DNA of 64,000 nt, taken from an uncultured bacterium (GTDB taxonomy: Bacteria; Verrucomicrobiota; Verrucomicrobiia; Limisphaerales; UBA8199). The stretch's first letter is position 1. Each line of letters opens with the position of its first letter. The notes below the pieces were generated by a model. That model did no database searches. It was not told the DNA's origin and saw only the letters and a program-made list of their open reading frames with translations. The stretch is from positions 544,001-608,000 of the forward strand of contig CAVVMW010000006.1 of the NCBI GenBank assembly GCA_963749495.1. The letters are read 5' to 3'. Positions 21,601 through 32,141 of this stretch are shown piece by piece. Both the position numbers and the translations under genes were made by a program.

Positions 21601-24600
21601 CAATTGGCGGTTCGTTGCCGGCGTGGGCTTCACCTTCCCGCCCTCGGCGGCGCTGGCGCCGGACGGCTACCTGGTCATTGCGCGCAACCTGACCAATCTG
21701 CTGGCCAAGTACGGGAACCTGACCACGGCCAACACGCTGGGCAACTTCACCGGCAAGCTCTCCCACCGCGGCGAGCGCGTCGCTCTGGCCATGCCCCAGC
21801 CCCTGACCGTCATGACCCCCCAGGGCGCGGTGACCAATACCATCTATGTGGTCCAGGACGAGGTGACCTACGCAGCGGGCGGCCGCTGGGGCGATTGGGC
21901 GCGCGGCGGGGGCAGCAGCCTCGAGTTGATCAATCCCAACTCCAACCATCGCCTGGCCTCGAATTGGGCCGACAGCGACAAGGCGGGCAAGTCCGCCTGG
22001 ACCAACCTCGAATACACCGGGGTATTGGACCTGGGCGCCAACTACAGCGGGGGCATCGACCACGTGCAGGTGGGCCTGCTGGACGTGGGGGAATGCCTGG
22101 TGGACAACATCGAGGTGCGGCCCGGCGGCACTACTGGGCCCAACATTGTGGCCAACAGCACCTTCGAGGCGGGCCTGGACGGGTGGACCGTGCAGGGCGA
22201 TCATTTGCGCTCGGGCCTGGAGAGCGCCGCCGGCCTGGGCGGTTACCAGAGTTCCCAGTCGCTGCACTTGCGCTCGAGCGACTCGGTGTGGACGCTGGCC
22301 GATTACGCCCAGGGCGACTTGACCTCGACCGCGCTTGCGCCCAATCAAAAGGCAACCTTGCGGCTCAAGGCCCGCTGGGTCCGGGGCTGGCCGGAGGTCC
22401 TGCTCCGGCTGCGGGGCAACTGGCTGGAGGTGACGGGCCGGATGCCGGTCCCGGCCAACCTGGGCACGCCGGGCATGCGCAACAGCCGCTACGTCACCAA
22501 TGCCGGGCCCGCTATTTATGACGTCAAACATGCCCCGGCCCTGCCCCAGGCCAACCAGCCTGTGGTGGTGACGGCGCGTTTCCACGATATGAGCGGGTTC
22601 ACGCCCACGCTCTTGTATCGCGTTGACGGTGTCACCAACCCGGCGCCCAGCTATCTCTCCGTGCCGATGGTGGATGACGGCACGGGCGGCGATGCCCTGG
22701 CGGGAGACGGGCTTTTCAGCGCCACCATTCCCGCGCAACCGGCCGGCACTGTCGTGGCCTTCCTGGTCCAATGCCGGGACGCGGCCGGCGCCGCCACGGT
22801 CTTCCCGGCCGATGCCAAGGACAACTCGGGCCTGCCGCGCGAGTGCGTGATTGGTTTTGGCGACCCGGTGCCCTCCGGCAGCTTCAGCCACCAGCACGTG
22901 TTCATCAGCACCAATTGGGCCGATCGGTGGGCCCAGTGGGGGGGCGTCTCCCATGAAATGTACGATTGCACCTGGGTCGATGGCGGGGGCCGCATCATCT
23001 ATAACCTCGCCGCCCGTTATGCGGGCAGCCCCTACCACCAATACCTCGACTCACCGGTCGAGACTGTCGGCGGCATGCACTGGTCCGCCCCGCGCGATCA
23101 GATGATCTACGGCGTTGCCTCGCTCAACAAACAGCACGTGCCGGGCAACAATGCCCTGGACGACGATACCCTCCAGCGCGAGCAAACCAGCTTCTGGATG
23201 GCGCAGCAGATCGGACTCATGGGAGAGAATCGGCGCTACTATGTCTATTATGTCAACGGCGTCCGCCACGGCCCCCTCATGGAGGATGCCCAGACGCCCG
23301 ACGCCGACGTGCTTTCGGAATACTTCCCCAACGATACCGGCGGGCTGCTCTACAAGAATCACGTCTGGTTCGAAGGCGACGTGTTGCTGCAGCCCTACGG
23401 CTACATGCCCTTCAACAACTTTTCCTGGTGTACGCTGGGGAGCTACACCACCCCCATCAACGGCCTGACCAACAAGTTCCAGTACAAGCTGGCCCGCTAC
23501 CGGTGGATGTGGTGGATCCGCCAATATCCCACCTCCGCCAACGACTTCGGCGCGGTGTTCGACCTGATCGACGCCGCCAATACGCCGACCGACAGCCCCG
23601 CCTATTATGACCGCATGGAGGCCCTGGTGGACACCGAGCAATGGCTGCGCTTGTCGGCCATCGAACATGCCACCGGCGATTGGGACTCCTTCTTCACCCA
23701 AAACCAGTGGAACATGTACAACTACAAGCCCACGCAGGGCAAATGGACCGCCATGAAGTGGGACTGGAACATCACGCTGGGCGGCGGCACCTCGACCTGG
23801 GGCCGGACGGCAGCGAACTCTTCGAGTACGGCTCCAGCGACCCTATCATGCGCCTCTTCCATGAGTACCCGCCCTACCAGCGGGCCTATCTGCGCGCGTT
23901 CCAGGACATCGCCAACCTGGCCATGAACAATGCCCGGGTGGACCCGCTGCTCGATGCGAAGTACGCCGCCTTCGTGGCCAACGGCTTGACCGCGACCAAC
24001 TTCAACGGCATGACCGTCGCGGACCCCAACTCCGCGCTCAAGGGCTGGATAGCGACCATGCACGATTCACTGCTCCAGGCCATCACGAACCATGGTGTGG
24101 CCAATGTGCCGTTTGCCGTGAACTCGGTGACGGTGAACAACAACCTGGCCACCCTCAGCGGCACGGCGCCCCTGGCGGTGAAAACAGTCTGGTTCAACGG
24201 AGTGGCCTATCCGCTGACCTGGCCGACGGTGACCAACTGGACGGCCACGGTGCCGCTCCAACCCGGCACCAACCTGTTGAACGTTGCGGGAGTGGACATC
24301 CATGGCCAGACGGTGGCCGGCGCGGCCGCCACGGTCTCAGCGGCCTTCGTCGGGGCCATGCCCTCGCCCAGCGGCCTGCTCGTCATCAATGAGGTCATGT
24401 GTAACCCGTCTGTGCCCAACGCCCAGTACGTCGAACTCTACAACCGCTCGCCCAACATCACCTTCGACTTGTCGGGCTGGCGGTTGGACGGCCTGGGCTA
24501 CACATTCCCCGGCGGCTCGACGCTCGGCCCGATCGGCTCCTGGTGCTGGCCGCCAACCGCGATGTCTTTGCAGCCGCCTACGGGGGCTCGAACCTGGTCT

Positions 24601-26761
24601 TTGACACCTTCAGCGGGGCACTCCCCCCCGCCGGGCAACTGCTCTCGCTCATCCAGCCCGGCGCGGACCCGAGCAGCGACCTGGCGGTGGCCCAGGTGCG
24701 CTATGGCAGCGCGGCGCCCTGGCCCGGGTCGGGCGGCGCTTCCGGCTCGTCTCTGCAGTTGATCAACTCGCGCCAGGACAACTGGCGGGTGGGCAATTGG
24801 GCGTTTGTCCGGACCAACACCAGCGCGGCCCCGCGCTGGATCCAGGTTACCGCCACCCTGCCCGCCACCTCCTCCACCTTCCTCCTCTACCTCGGGTCGG
24901 CCGGCGATATCTATATCGATGACGTGCAGTTGGTCGATGCCAACGGCTTCAACCGGCTGGTGGACGGGGATTTCGAGTCCCCGCTGGCCGGGGCCTGGTC
25001 CATGAGCCCCAGTTCTCCCGCTCGCTCCTGAGCACAACGGTCAAATACTCGGGCAATTCGAGCCTGCACCTGGTGGCAACGGCTCCCGGCAACAGCACCG
25101 GCGCCGCCCTTTACCAGACCATCAATCCGCCCCTGACTCCCGGCCAATACTGCACCCTGAGTTTCTACTACCTCCAGACCACCAATGGCGGTCCCCTGGT
25201 GGCCACCCTGGCCTCCTCCGCCAACGCGGTGGTCGTCAATCCCACCCTGCCCCGGGGCAGCCTCGCGCAGGCCACACCGGACGCGTTCAACAGCGTGGCC
25301 GATACCTTGCCGGCCTTCCCCCCGCTCTGGCTCAACGAACTCCAGGCCGACAACCTCACCGGCATCACCACCGCCGCCGGCGCGCACGCGCCCTGGGTCG
25401 AACTTTACAACCCCAGCTCCAACGCCGTCTCTCTTGCCGGCCTTTGCCTGGCAAACACCTATTCAAACCTCACCCAGTGGGCATTCCCCGCCGGCTCAGT
25501 CATCAACCCCGGCCAATTCATGACTGTCTTTGCCGACGGTCAGACCGGCCTTTCCAGCCCCAACGAGTTGCACGCCAACTTCGTCCTCTCCAGCGGCAGC
25601 GGTGCCCTCGCCCTGAGCCGGCTCTACAATGGTTCGCCCCAAGTCCTGGATTATGTCAATTACACCAACATCGGCCCCGATCACTCCTACGGCTCCTGGC
25701 CTGACGGCCAGAGCTTCTTCCGCCAGGAATTCGGCCATGCCACGCCCGGGGCAACCAATGACGCTTATGGCTCCGCCCCGCTCTCGTTCGTCTCTTACTC
25801 TGCCCCGGGCTCGGTTTATGCCCAGGACTTCGATTCGCTGCCCAACCCGGGCCTGGGTTCCATCAACGCCAACAACCCGGTGACCATCAACGGCGTCGTT
25901 TATTCGCTGGCCAACCCGTTTGACTTCACCGCGCCCCCAATGGCCGCGGGCCAGAACGGCGGCCTGGGCCTGCCCGCCATGAGCGGCTGGTTTGGCTGGG
26001 GCGGCGCCAGCTCCCGGTTTGGGGCGTCACCCGGCGACCAAACCAGTGGCGGCCTTATCAGCTTTGGCGGGCTCAACAGCGCCAACCGCGCCTTGGGCCT
26101 GCTCGCCACCACCGCAACCGGCCCCACCGCCTTCGGCGTCCGTTTCATCAATGCCACGGCCCAGGTCCTGGACCACATCAACGTCCAGTTCACCGGCGAG
26201 GTCTGGCGCCAGTCCGATGAGCCCAAAACCCTGGCCTGTTACTATATGGTTGACCCCGCCGCCACGCTCTCTTTGCCGACCGATGCCACCGCCCTGCTCC
26301 CGGCCCTGGATGTGGCGTTTCCAGCAGGCCCGGCCTACGCCGGCGGCGTGCCTGTGGACGGGAGCCTGCCGCTCAACCAAACCAATCTGAGCGTGACCGG
26401 CCAGGCCATCGCCAATTGGCCGCCTGGCGCCGCCCTCTGGCTGGTCTGGGAGATGAGCGACCCGGCCGGAAAGGGGCAGGGCTTGGCTATCGACAACCTC
26501 GCCTTCTCAGCCAACTCTGCAGGCGCCGCCACCAACGCCGCGCCCAAGCTGGGCGGCCTCCGCCTCGGCGCCGGTTCGCTGAGCTTCTCCTGGCCCGGCG
26601 CGCAAGGCGCTGTCTATCGCGTGCAGTACAAAGACGCCCTGGATGCCCCCGAGTGGACCTCCCTTGCCCCGGACCTGACCGGCACCGGTGACCCGCTCTC
26701 CATCACCCTGCCTGTCACTGCCAACCCCCAGCGCTTCTACCGCGTCCTGCTGATGCCGTAG
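18682..26761 (+). CDS. Giant secreted multidomain protein (PA14, Ig-like, several lamin-tail domains, CotH-kinase-like domain, C-terminal RFYRV domain); four apparent frameshifts
   Basis: ORFs 18661-20385, 20225-23926, 23641-24762, 24543-25031 and 25073-26761 join with shifts near 20200, 23800, 24530, 25020; FWIASDD..LFLS (PA14), VINE..VELYN (LTD), DWDSF..N.YNY..W..MKWDWN (CotH-like). Confidence 0.82.
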
Positions 26762-26769
26762 GGGGGGAG

Positions 26770-26992
26770 TCATCCCAGAGGGATGAGAGAAGGTAGCCGG
26801 GGGTCGAAGCGCAGCGAGACCCCCGGTCAAGCGGTGACGTGCGTTTGCATCCCGGAGGGATGCCAGAGGCTCACCCGCGCGGACGCTCCTTTCTGGCACC
26901 CCATCCGGGGTGCAGGGCCCTCGAACGCAGTCAACCGGGGGTCGCGGCGAGGCCGCGACCCCCGGCTACCTTCTGGCAACCCTCCGGGTTGC
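26770..26992. repeat. REPIN-type nested palindrome (CATCCCGGAGGGATG / GGTAGCCGGGGGTCG family)
   Basis: AGAAGGTAGCCGGGGGTCG..GACCCCCGG pairs with CCGGGGGTCG..GACCCCCGGCTACCTTCT. Confidence 0.8.
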
Positions 26993-27088
26993 GGAGCGCC
27001 ACCGAAGGTTGCTCCCGGGCGCATCGCATCAGTGCCACCATGCCACGAACGACCGGGCGCAACCCTGGCATGCCGGATCCATCCCGAA

Positions 27089-27205
27089 GAAGGTGTGAAA
27101 AAATGCCAAAACAAACAAAATCCCCGAAAACACCCCTCTGTTTTCCGGGGGATTTTGAAGATTTTTGCGGGCCTTGGCGTCAGAAATTGATTTTTCCAGA
27201 CCTCC
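27089..27205. mobile_element. 117-bp AT-rich MITE inserted in a REP hairpin
   Basis: TIRs GAAGGTGTGAAAAAAT / GGAGGTCTGGAAAAAT (13/16); flanks CATCCCGAA and CGAGGGATGG. Confidence 0.6.
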
Positions 27206-27724
27206 CGAGGGATGGAAATCACTCAGCCCAGCAACGGTGTTGCGCGTAACGGGCTACGCTGGACCGCCGACCCAAGGCAAGCCCGAAACTGTCATTTTTC
27301 TAGGATGACCATTTCCCCGGTTTCCCTTTCCCCTGACCGGCTGCTTTTCCCACTTTCCCACGGTGTTCTCCTGGTGGGCCTCAACCAGCAGACCGGCGCC
27401 CATAGGCACCTGGAACCGAGAATGACGCTGCTCCGGGCAAACTGGCAGCAGCGGCGGGGCCTTAAATCGGCCTTAAATTGGGGTGAATGGCTGTTGACCG
27501 TTCCCCAAGTGGTCGAAGACACAATCACCGGCCAACGCGGACAAGCGCGATTAGCGGTTTTCATCAGAAAAATGACAAATGAACTTCGGCTGCGATTCTG
27601 CTTTACACAACATCTGAATTGGCTTAAGTCAATTATATGGCGATTGGAGAAAACGTAAGACACGGTCACCCACGGAGGCACTGGCCGCCAGCGACCTAAT
27701 GCCCGTGCGGGACTGATTCAGCAT

Positions 27725-28539
27725 ATGGACTTTGACATTAGCAAGATCTCCGAAGGCGTCTCTAAGATTAAGTTCCCTGGAGGGGTCGTCGGCAAGGTGT
27801 CAACGGTTCTCGTGGTGGTTTGCCTTACGGTAGGCGGTCTTGGGGCATTATCTAGGAACCAATGGGTCTTGGTTGGTGCGATCGCGGCGATCATAGGCAT
27901 TGCGTTTCCGGTGCTTTGGCGATTGATTACCTTCGCCAATAATAACCCCCAGGCTGCCATCTTAGGGCTTGTGCAAAAATAAAGGCCGAGATTGAGGCGC
28001 GATTCTAACATTTCGAAACTCCGATTGGCTTTAGACCCTGGTTCATAAGTAACCGGACGTGCCTTGCTCACTTGCTTCTCATCCCGGAGGGATGGCTGAG
28101 AATAGCCCAACGCTTCAGCGTTGGGTGGTGGGCCCGAGGCCGTCAAGTCCCGAAGGGACGGCTGAAATGTCGGGCCGTTCAGCCGTCCCTTCGGGACTGG
28201 ACCCTTTTGGGGCACGCCAACCCAATGCTAAAGCATTGGGCTATTCTCATGTGTCCCTCCGGGACAGCGATCCATCGGGACGCTTTGGCTGTGTGCGCCG
28301 ACAGGGAAATCGGAATTAATTCTTGCAGGGACTCTTAGAGGGGGCTGAGTTTATTATGCATGAGCGAATTCAGACTCGGGATGAAATCAGCACCCCTTCT
28401 GCCCCAGCCCACCACCCTACCAGAGCTCGCCCCAAATCACCCACTTATCGAGGACGATAAAACGGTGCCGTTACCCGATCCCCTTCCGGACGCGGCAACG
28501 GAAGCGCCCAAGCCAGCGAAGCCACCGAGCAATGAGTGA
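27725..28539 (+). pseudogene. Two-TM membrane protein interrupted by a MITE
   Basis: ..FANNNPQAAIL|EGAEFIMHERI.. rejoins across the insertion; a further 1-nt shift gives a Pro-rich tail whose TGA overlaps the next ATG. Confidence 0.7.
27965..28334. mobile_element. IS5-like MITE carrying a REPIN
   Basis: TTA (TCTTAG) duplicated at both ends; imperfect TIRs GGGCTTGTGCAAAAATAA / GAGTCCCTGCAAGAATTA; REPIN 28080-28266 inside. Confidence 0.75.
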
Positions 28540-28813
28540 TCTCTATCACATTTACATTTCTCCTAAATCGGGAGTAACGCGAGCCCAAGTTGAACAAACA
28601 CTCAACCTCGCTGTTGACTGGTTTCGTTACCATGAGCGTTGTTACGTTGTGCTCACCACGTCGGATGAGGAAAAATGGCTCAAACGGCTAAGGCCGTTTG
28701 TTGAACCCACTGGAACGCTGTTCATCTGTAAGTTCGACCCATCGCATTATCAGGGCTGGATGGTGAAGGACTTTTGGGAGTGGTTCCAACCCAAAGTAAA
28801 ATCCGGCCCCTAA
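28532..28813 (+). CDS. Small hypothetical protein, possibly ferredoxin-like (Cas2/VapD-like) fold
   Basis: 93 aa, lower GC, alternating beta/alpha pattern, terminal YQGWMVKDFWEWF. Confidence 0.65.
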   Translation: MSDLYHIYISPKSGVTRAQVEQTLNLAVDWFRYHERCYVVLTTSDEEKWLKRLRPFVEPTGTLFICKFDPSHYQGWMVKDFWEWFQPKVKSGP

Positions 28814-29437
28814 GCGAGTGCTAGTTTCATGAGCCTCCATCACCCTGAGAAACTGCTTACCGCTACAACTCGGCAGTTTAGGATTGTGCCCAATACCGAA
28901 ACCCTGGGCAGCCAACAAATCGCCTTTTACGTCCACAGTGTGTGTTTTACCCAGATAAAGTCAGGGTCGTGAATATTAGGGTCGCACCTTAACATTTAGC
29001 AATAGCTTCGCGTTCGCCCATTCCGCTGGAGCGCTTTGCCGGCGCGCGAGGCGGGATTCAAACCGTTTGGTGGCCATGGCCACGGCGGCGTGCTCCTTGA
29101 GCCCGTCAACTGCGCCAGCTCATCGAGCTTGGCGCCTCACAGCTTCCGGCCCACGTAGAACACGATGTCCCGCCCGGCGTCGCCATGCCGGTCCCGAAAC
29201 GCGCTCCACTTTTCGCCCTTGGCTATTCCCACGCGCCGGATCACCTCCCCCAGGCCCGGTCAGGCCTCGCGCACGTGGCGTGCCGCCCATTGTTCCCACT
29301 CATCCCTGAATACAACTGCCCCGCAGGGAGCCGCCGCCCGGGTGGCTTTCTCGGACATGGTTGCTTTTTTTTCTCGCACCCTGCAGGCATGGTCCGGATG
29401 CGGCCGAGGGCGGACGCGCTTCTTCGGCCTTTAGCCT

Positions 29438-30367
29438 TTAGCCTTTGACGACCCTCACGGCCTTGGCCAGTCTCTGGACCTCGTCGGGGTCCACTTCACC
29501 AGGCATGAGGGTCAGGGCGTTGGCAGCGCCGGCGGCGCAGGCCCAGCGGCAGGCCCCGGCCAAGTCCTCGCCGCGCGCCAACCGCCAAACCAGCCCGGCG
29601 GTGAAGGCGTCTCCGCAGCCGATGGGGTTCACCACTTCGATGGCCGGAGGGAACACCCGCCAGAAGTCCTTGCCATCAAACGCCAGCGCCGGGTCTTTCC
29701 CCGCGGTGACCACGACCCGTTGGGCGCCCCGCCGGCACAACTCGCGCATGGCGGCGGCCACGCCGGCCTCATCTTGGAGGTCCCGCGCAACGGTGCCTGC
29801 CAGTTCCAGCCGGTTAGGCTTGACAAGGCCCGGCCCGGCCTCCAGGGCCTTGGAGAGCGCCGCGCCCCGGGCATCCACCACCGAGAGGGCCCCGGCCTCG
29901 CGCGCCAACCGGGTCACCCGGGCATAAAAGTCCGCAGGCCCGCCCGGGGTGAGGCTGCCGGACATCACGACCGCCGTGCAGGTCTTGAGGCGCCGCCGCA
30001 CGACCGTGCGGAGCCGCTCGTAATCGGCCGGCGCGACGGGCTCGCCCTCCTGGACCAACTCGGTTTGCGTGTTTGCGGACTGGTCGATCACGGTGGCGCA
30101 CTCCCGCGTTTGGACGGCCACGTCCACGAAGTCCAACTCGATCCCCTTGGCCTCGAGCAGGGCCCGCAGGCAGCGGCCGCGCTCGCCCCCCAGGAAGCCC
30201 GACGCCACGGGGTGCTCGCCCAGGACCTTGAGCACCTTGGCCACGTTCACCGATTTGCCCGCAGGACCGTCCAGCGCCCTCACCGCACGGTTCACCGCGT
30301 TGGGCGTGACCTGGCGCAACACCAACACCCGCTGCACCGCCGGGGTTGTTCCAAGGCAGAGGATCAT
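29438..30367 (-). CDS. PfkB-family (1-phosphofructokinase/LacC-like) sugar kinase
   Basis: AGKSVNVA, VMSGSL, VKPNRLEL, NPIGCGDAF. Confidence 0.92.
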   Translation of the reverse strand: MILCLGTTPAVQRVLVLRQVTPNAVNRAVRALDGPAGKSVNVAKVLKVLGEHPVASGFLGGERGRCLRALLEAKGIELDFVDVAVQTRECATVIDQSANTQTELVQEGEPVAPADYERLRTVVRRRLKTCTAVVMSGSLTPGGPADFYARVTRLAREAGALSVVDARGAALSKALEAGPGLVKPNRLELAGTVARDLQDEAGVAAAMRELCRRGAQRVVVTAGKDPALAFDGKDFWRVFPPAIEVVNPIGCGDAFTAGLVWRLARGEDLAGACRWACAAGAANALTLMPGEVDPDEVQRLAKAVRVVKG

Positions 30368-30780
30368 ACCGGGTCGGGCACCACCCGAAAGACCTGTTGG
30401 ATCTCGGCCGGGATGGACCGCGGCCGCCCGCTCGCGGCATCCACGAACACCCAGTCGGTCTCACCCTGGGCCAACACCATCCCGTCGCCAACCCGGATGA
30501 ACTTATAGCGGCGCCGTGAGCGGACCTTGCGCAGCTCGGCGACCCAGGTCTGCACGATGAGCCGCTCGCCGGCAAACGCGGGGCTCAGATACTCGATCCG
30601 GTGCGTGCGCACCACCCAGGTCGCCCCCGCCGCCCGCGTCAGCCGCGCGCACCCAGCCGCCTCCGCGTGGCGTATGGCCGCCTCCTGCATCCATTGCACG
30701 TAGGCCACATTATTGACGTGCCGATTGGCATCCACCGCCGCCTCCGGCACCTCGAATTCGAACTGATGAACTCCGTCCAT
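30364..30780 (-). CDS. Acyl-CoA thioesterase (4-HBT hotdog fold)
   Basis: DANRHVNNVAYVQW, IEYLSPAFAG, WVFVD..GRP..IP. Confidence 0.9.
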   Translation of the reverse strand: MDGVHQFEFEVPEAAVDANRHVNNVAYVQWMQEAAIRHAEAAGCARLTRAAGATWVVRTHRIEYLSPAFAGERLIVQTWVAELRKVRSRRRYKFIRVGDGMVLAQGETDWVFVDAASGRPRSIPAEIQQVFRVVPDPV

Positions 30781-30973
30781 AAGAGAGGGTTGGGCTATTG
30801 TCGGACGTCCCTTTGGGACAGGCCCCAGGCCGAGGACAGATGCTCGTTGTGCCTCGCCTCGAATGGTCACAGTCATTCTGGCGTGCAGGATAGACCGCAA
30901 GTCCGCATTGTGGCAACCACAAGCGCGCTCCCACAGCTTGACGGTGACACCCGGCAGGTGTCTAATTTTGACT

Positions 30974-31345
30974 ATGACAGATGTGACGTCAAAAGTACTG
31001 CACCAAAAGACGGGGCAATTGCTCGACCGCGCGCGGCAGGGCGAGCGGTTCCGCATCTTGCGGGAAGGGCGTGCGGAGGCCTTTCTAATTCCCGCAGCGG
31101 AGGCGATTGACCCGGAGTGGAGAGAGATCATGGCAGAGGTCTGGAAAGCCCAAAAGGCGCCAGGCCCAAAGCGCCCAAACCCCATCTTGAAGGAAAGAAA
31201 GGCGCGCAACTATGCCGCTGGTTCACGCTGGGGCCCGGCTGCCCGGCCGCGCCGTTGCCAAGAGCCGTTGCCGAGGGCAATCACCGAGAGGTGGAACGTT
31301 GATGCTCCAGCCTTCGCTCCTGGGGACTGGAAGATGAACATCTGA
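30974..31345 (+). CDS. Phd/YefM-like antitoxin (3-prime end probably read-through into rearranged DNA)
   Basis: LHQKTGQLLDRARQGERFRILREGRAEAFLIP. Confidence 0.7.
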   Translation: MTDVTSKVLHQKTGQLLDRARQGERFRILREGRAEAFLIPAAEAIDPEWREIMAEVWKAQKAPGPKRPNPILKERKARNYAAGSRWGPAARPRRCQEPLPRAITERWNVDAPAFAPGDWKMNI

Positions 31346-31429
31346 TGCTGCTGGTCGATAGCAACGCCTGACTGAAATTGTACTGGCGGCTTGCCCTCCC
31401 CGCCATGTTGGAGGAATCGTTCGCGGTCG

Positions 31430-31777
31430 TCAGAGGGGCAGTCGGGCCACGACATTCTCCCATTCTGCCGCGTCGGAGGCCTTTGCCACGAGCTCCAGAT
31501 CGGTGACATAGAGTCCAACCTGGTTTCGGCGTTGCCGCGCAAAGATGAGGCCGGCAAAGGGACGCTTTTGCCGCTGCCAGTCCTCCGCCATGACACGGAA
31601 GCGAACATCCTGTGTTACCAGCACGCGACCGAGTCGCGTCGCCAGCGCGAGGAGCCTCTCGTCCGCCAGCCTGTTGGCGCCTTCCTCCGTAGCGGTGAGC
31701 ACCTCCACGCCGCGCCGACGCAATTGCGCGGTAATAGCACCCGGGACATGCACATCCATGTAGAAGGCTACCGGCAT
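31430..31777 (-). CDS. DUF5615 PIN-like toxin
   Basis: FYMDVHVP..LRRRGVEV..DERLL..A..GRVLVTQD.RF. Confidence 0.85.
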   Translation of the reverse strand: MPVAFYMDVHVPGAITAQLRRRGVEVLTATEEGANRLADERLLALATRLGRVLVTQDVRFRVMAEDWQRQKRPFAGLIFARQRRNQVGLYVTDLELVAKASDAAEWENVVARLPL

Positions 31778-32091
31778 CCCGGACTGTTCTTGAGGGTACG
31801 CAGCCTCTCGACCACGGGGGGTTGCTTCTGGTTGTTCGCCTCCTCTATCAGGCGATTCTCCTCTTCGATTTCGCGGTCGACTTCCTTTTGGTGATCGAAG
31901 TAGTAGGCCAAGGCGGCGTAAACTTCCGCGCGTTTGAGGTAGCGGTACTGACGGACAATTTCATCCGGCGACAAGCCGCAGTCGAGGTGGTCGCGCACGA
32001 TCATCGAAACGCGTGTCCTCGGCTGCCCATCGAGCCGCGCTGGCTCTCCCGGCCTCTTCACCACGTGCGGATAGGTCAATTCCACAGGCAC
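31768..32091 (-). CDS. DUF433 antitoxin
   Basis: TRVSMIV..GLSPDEIVRQY.YL..AEVYAALAYYFDH. Confidence 0.85.
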   Translation of the reverse strand: MPVELTYPHVVKRPGEPARLDGQPRTRVSMIVRDHLDCGLSPDEIVRQYRYLKRAEVYAALAYYFDHQKEVDREIEEENRLIEEANNQKQPPVVERLRTLKNSPGCR

Positions 32092-32141
32092 ACAGCAAGA
32101 ATCGCAGTTCAGGCTCGGGCCGTCAATAGTGCGGATGACTC

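Noticed and set aside
28532..28813. Bona fide cas2 of a CRISPR-Cas locus
   Set aside because: No cas1, array or other cas gene; fold resemblance is only a guess
28820..29430. Possible ORFs or RNA gene between the low-GC module and pfkB
   Set aside because: No recognisable motif, tRNA cloverleaf or consistent coding frame
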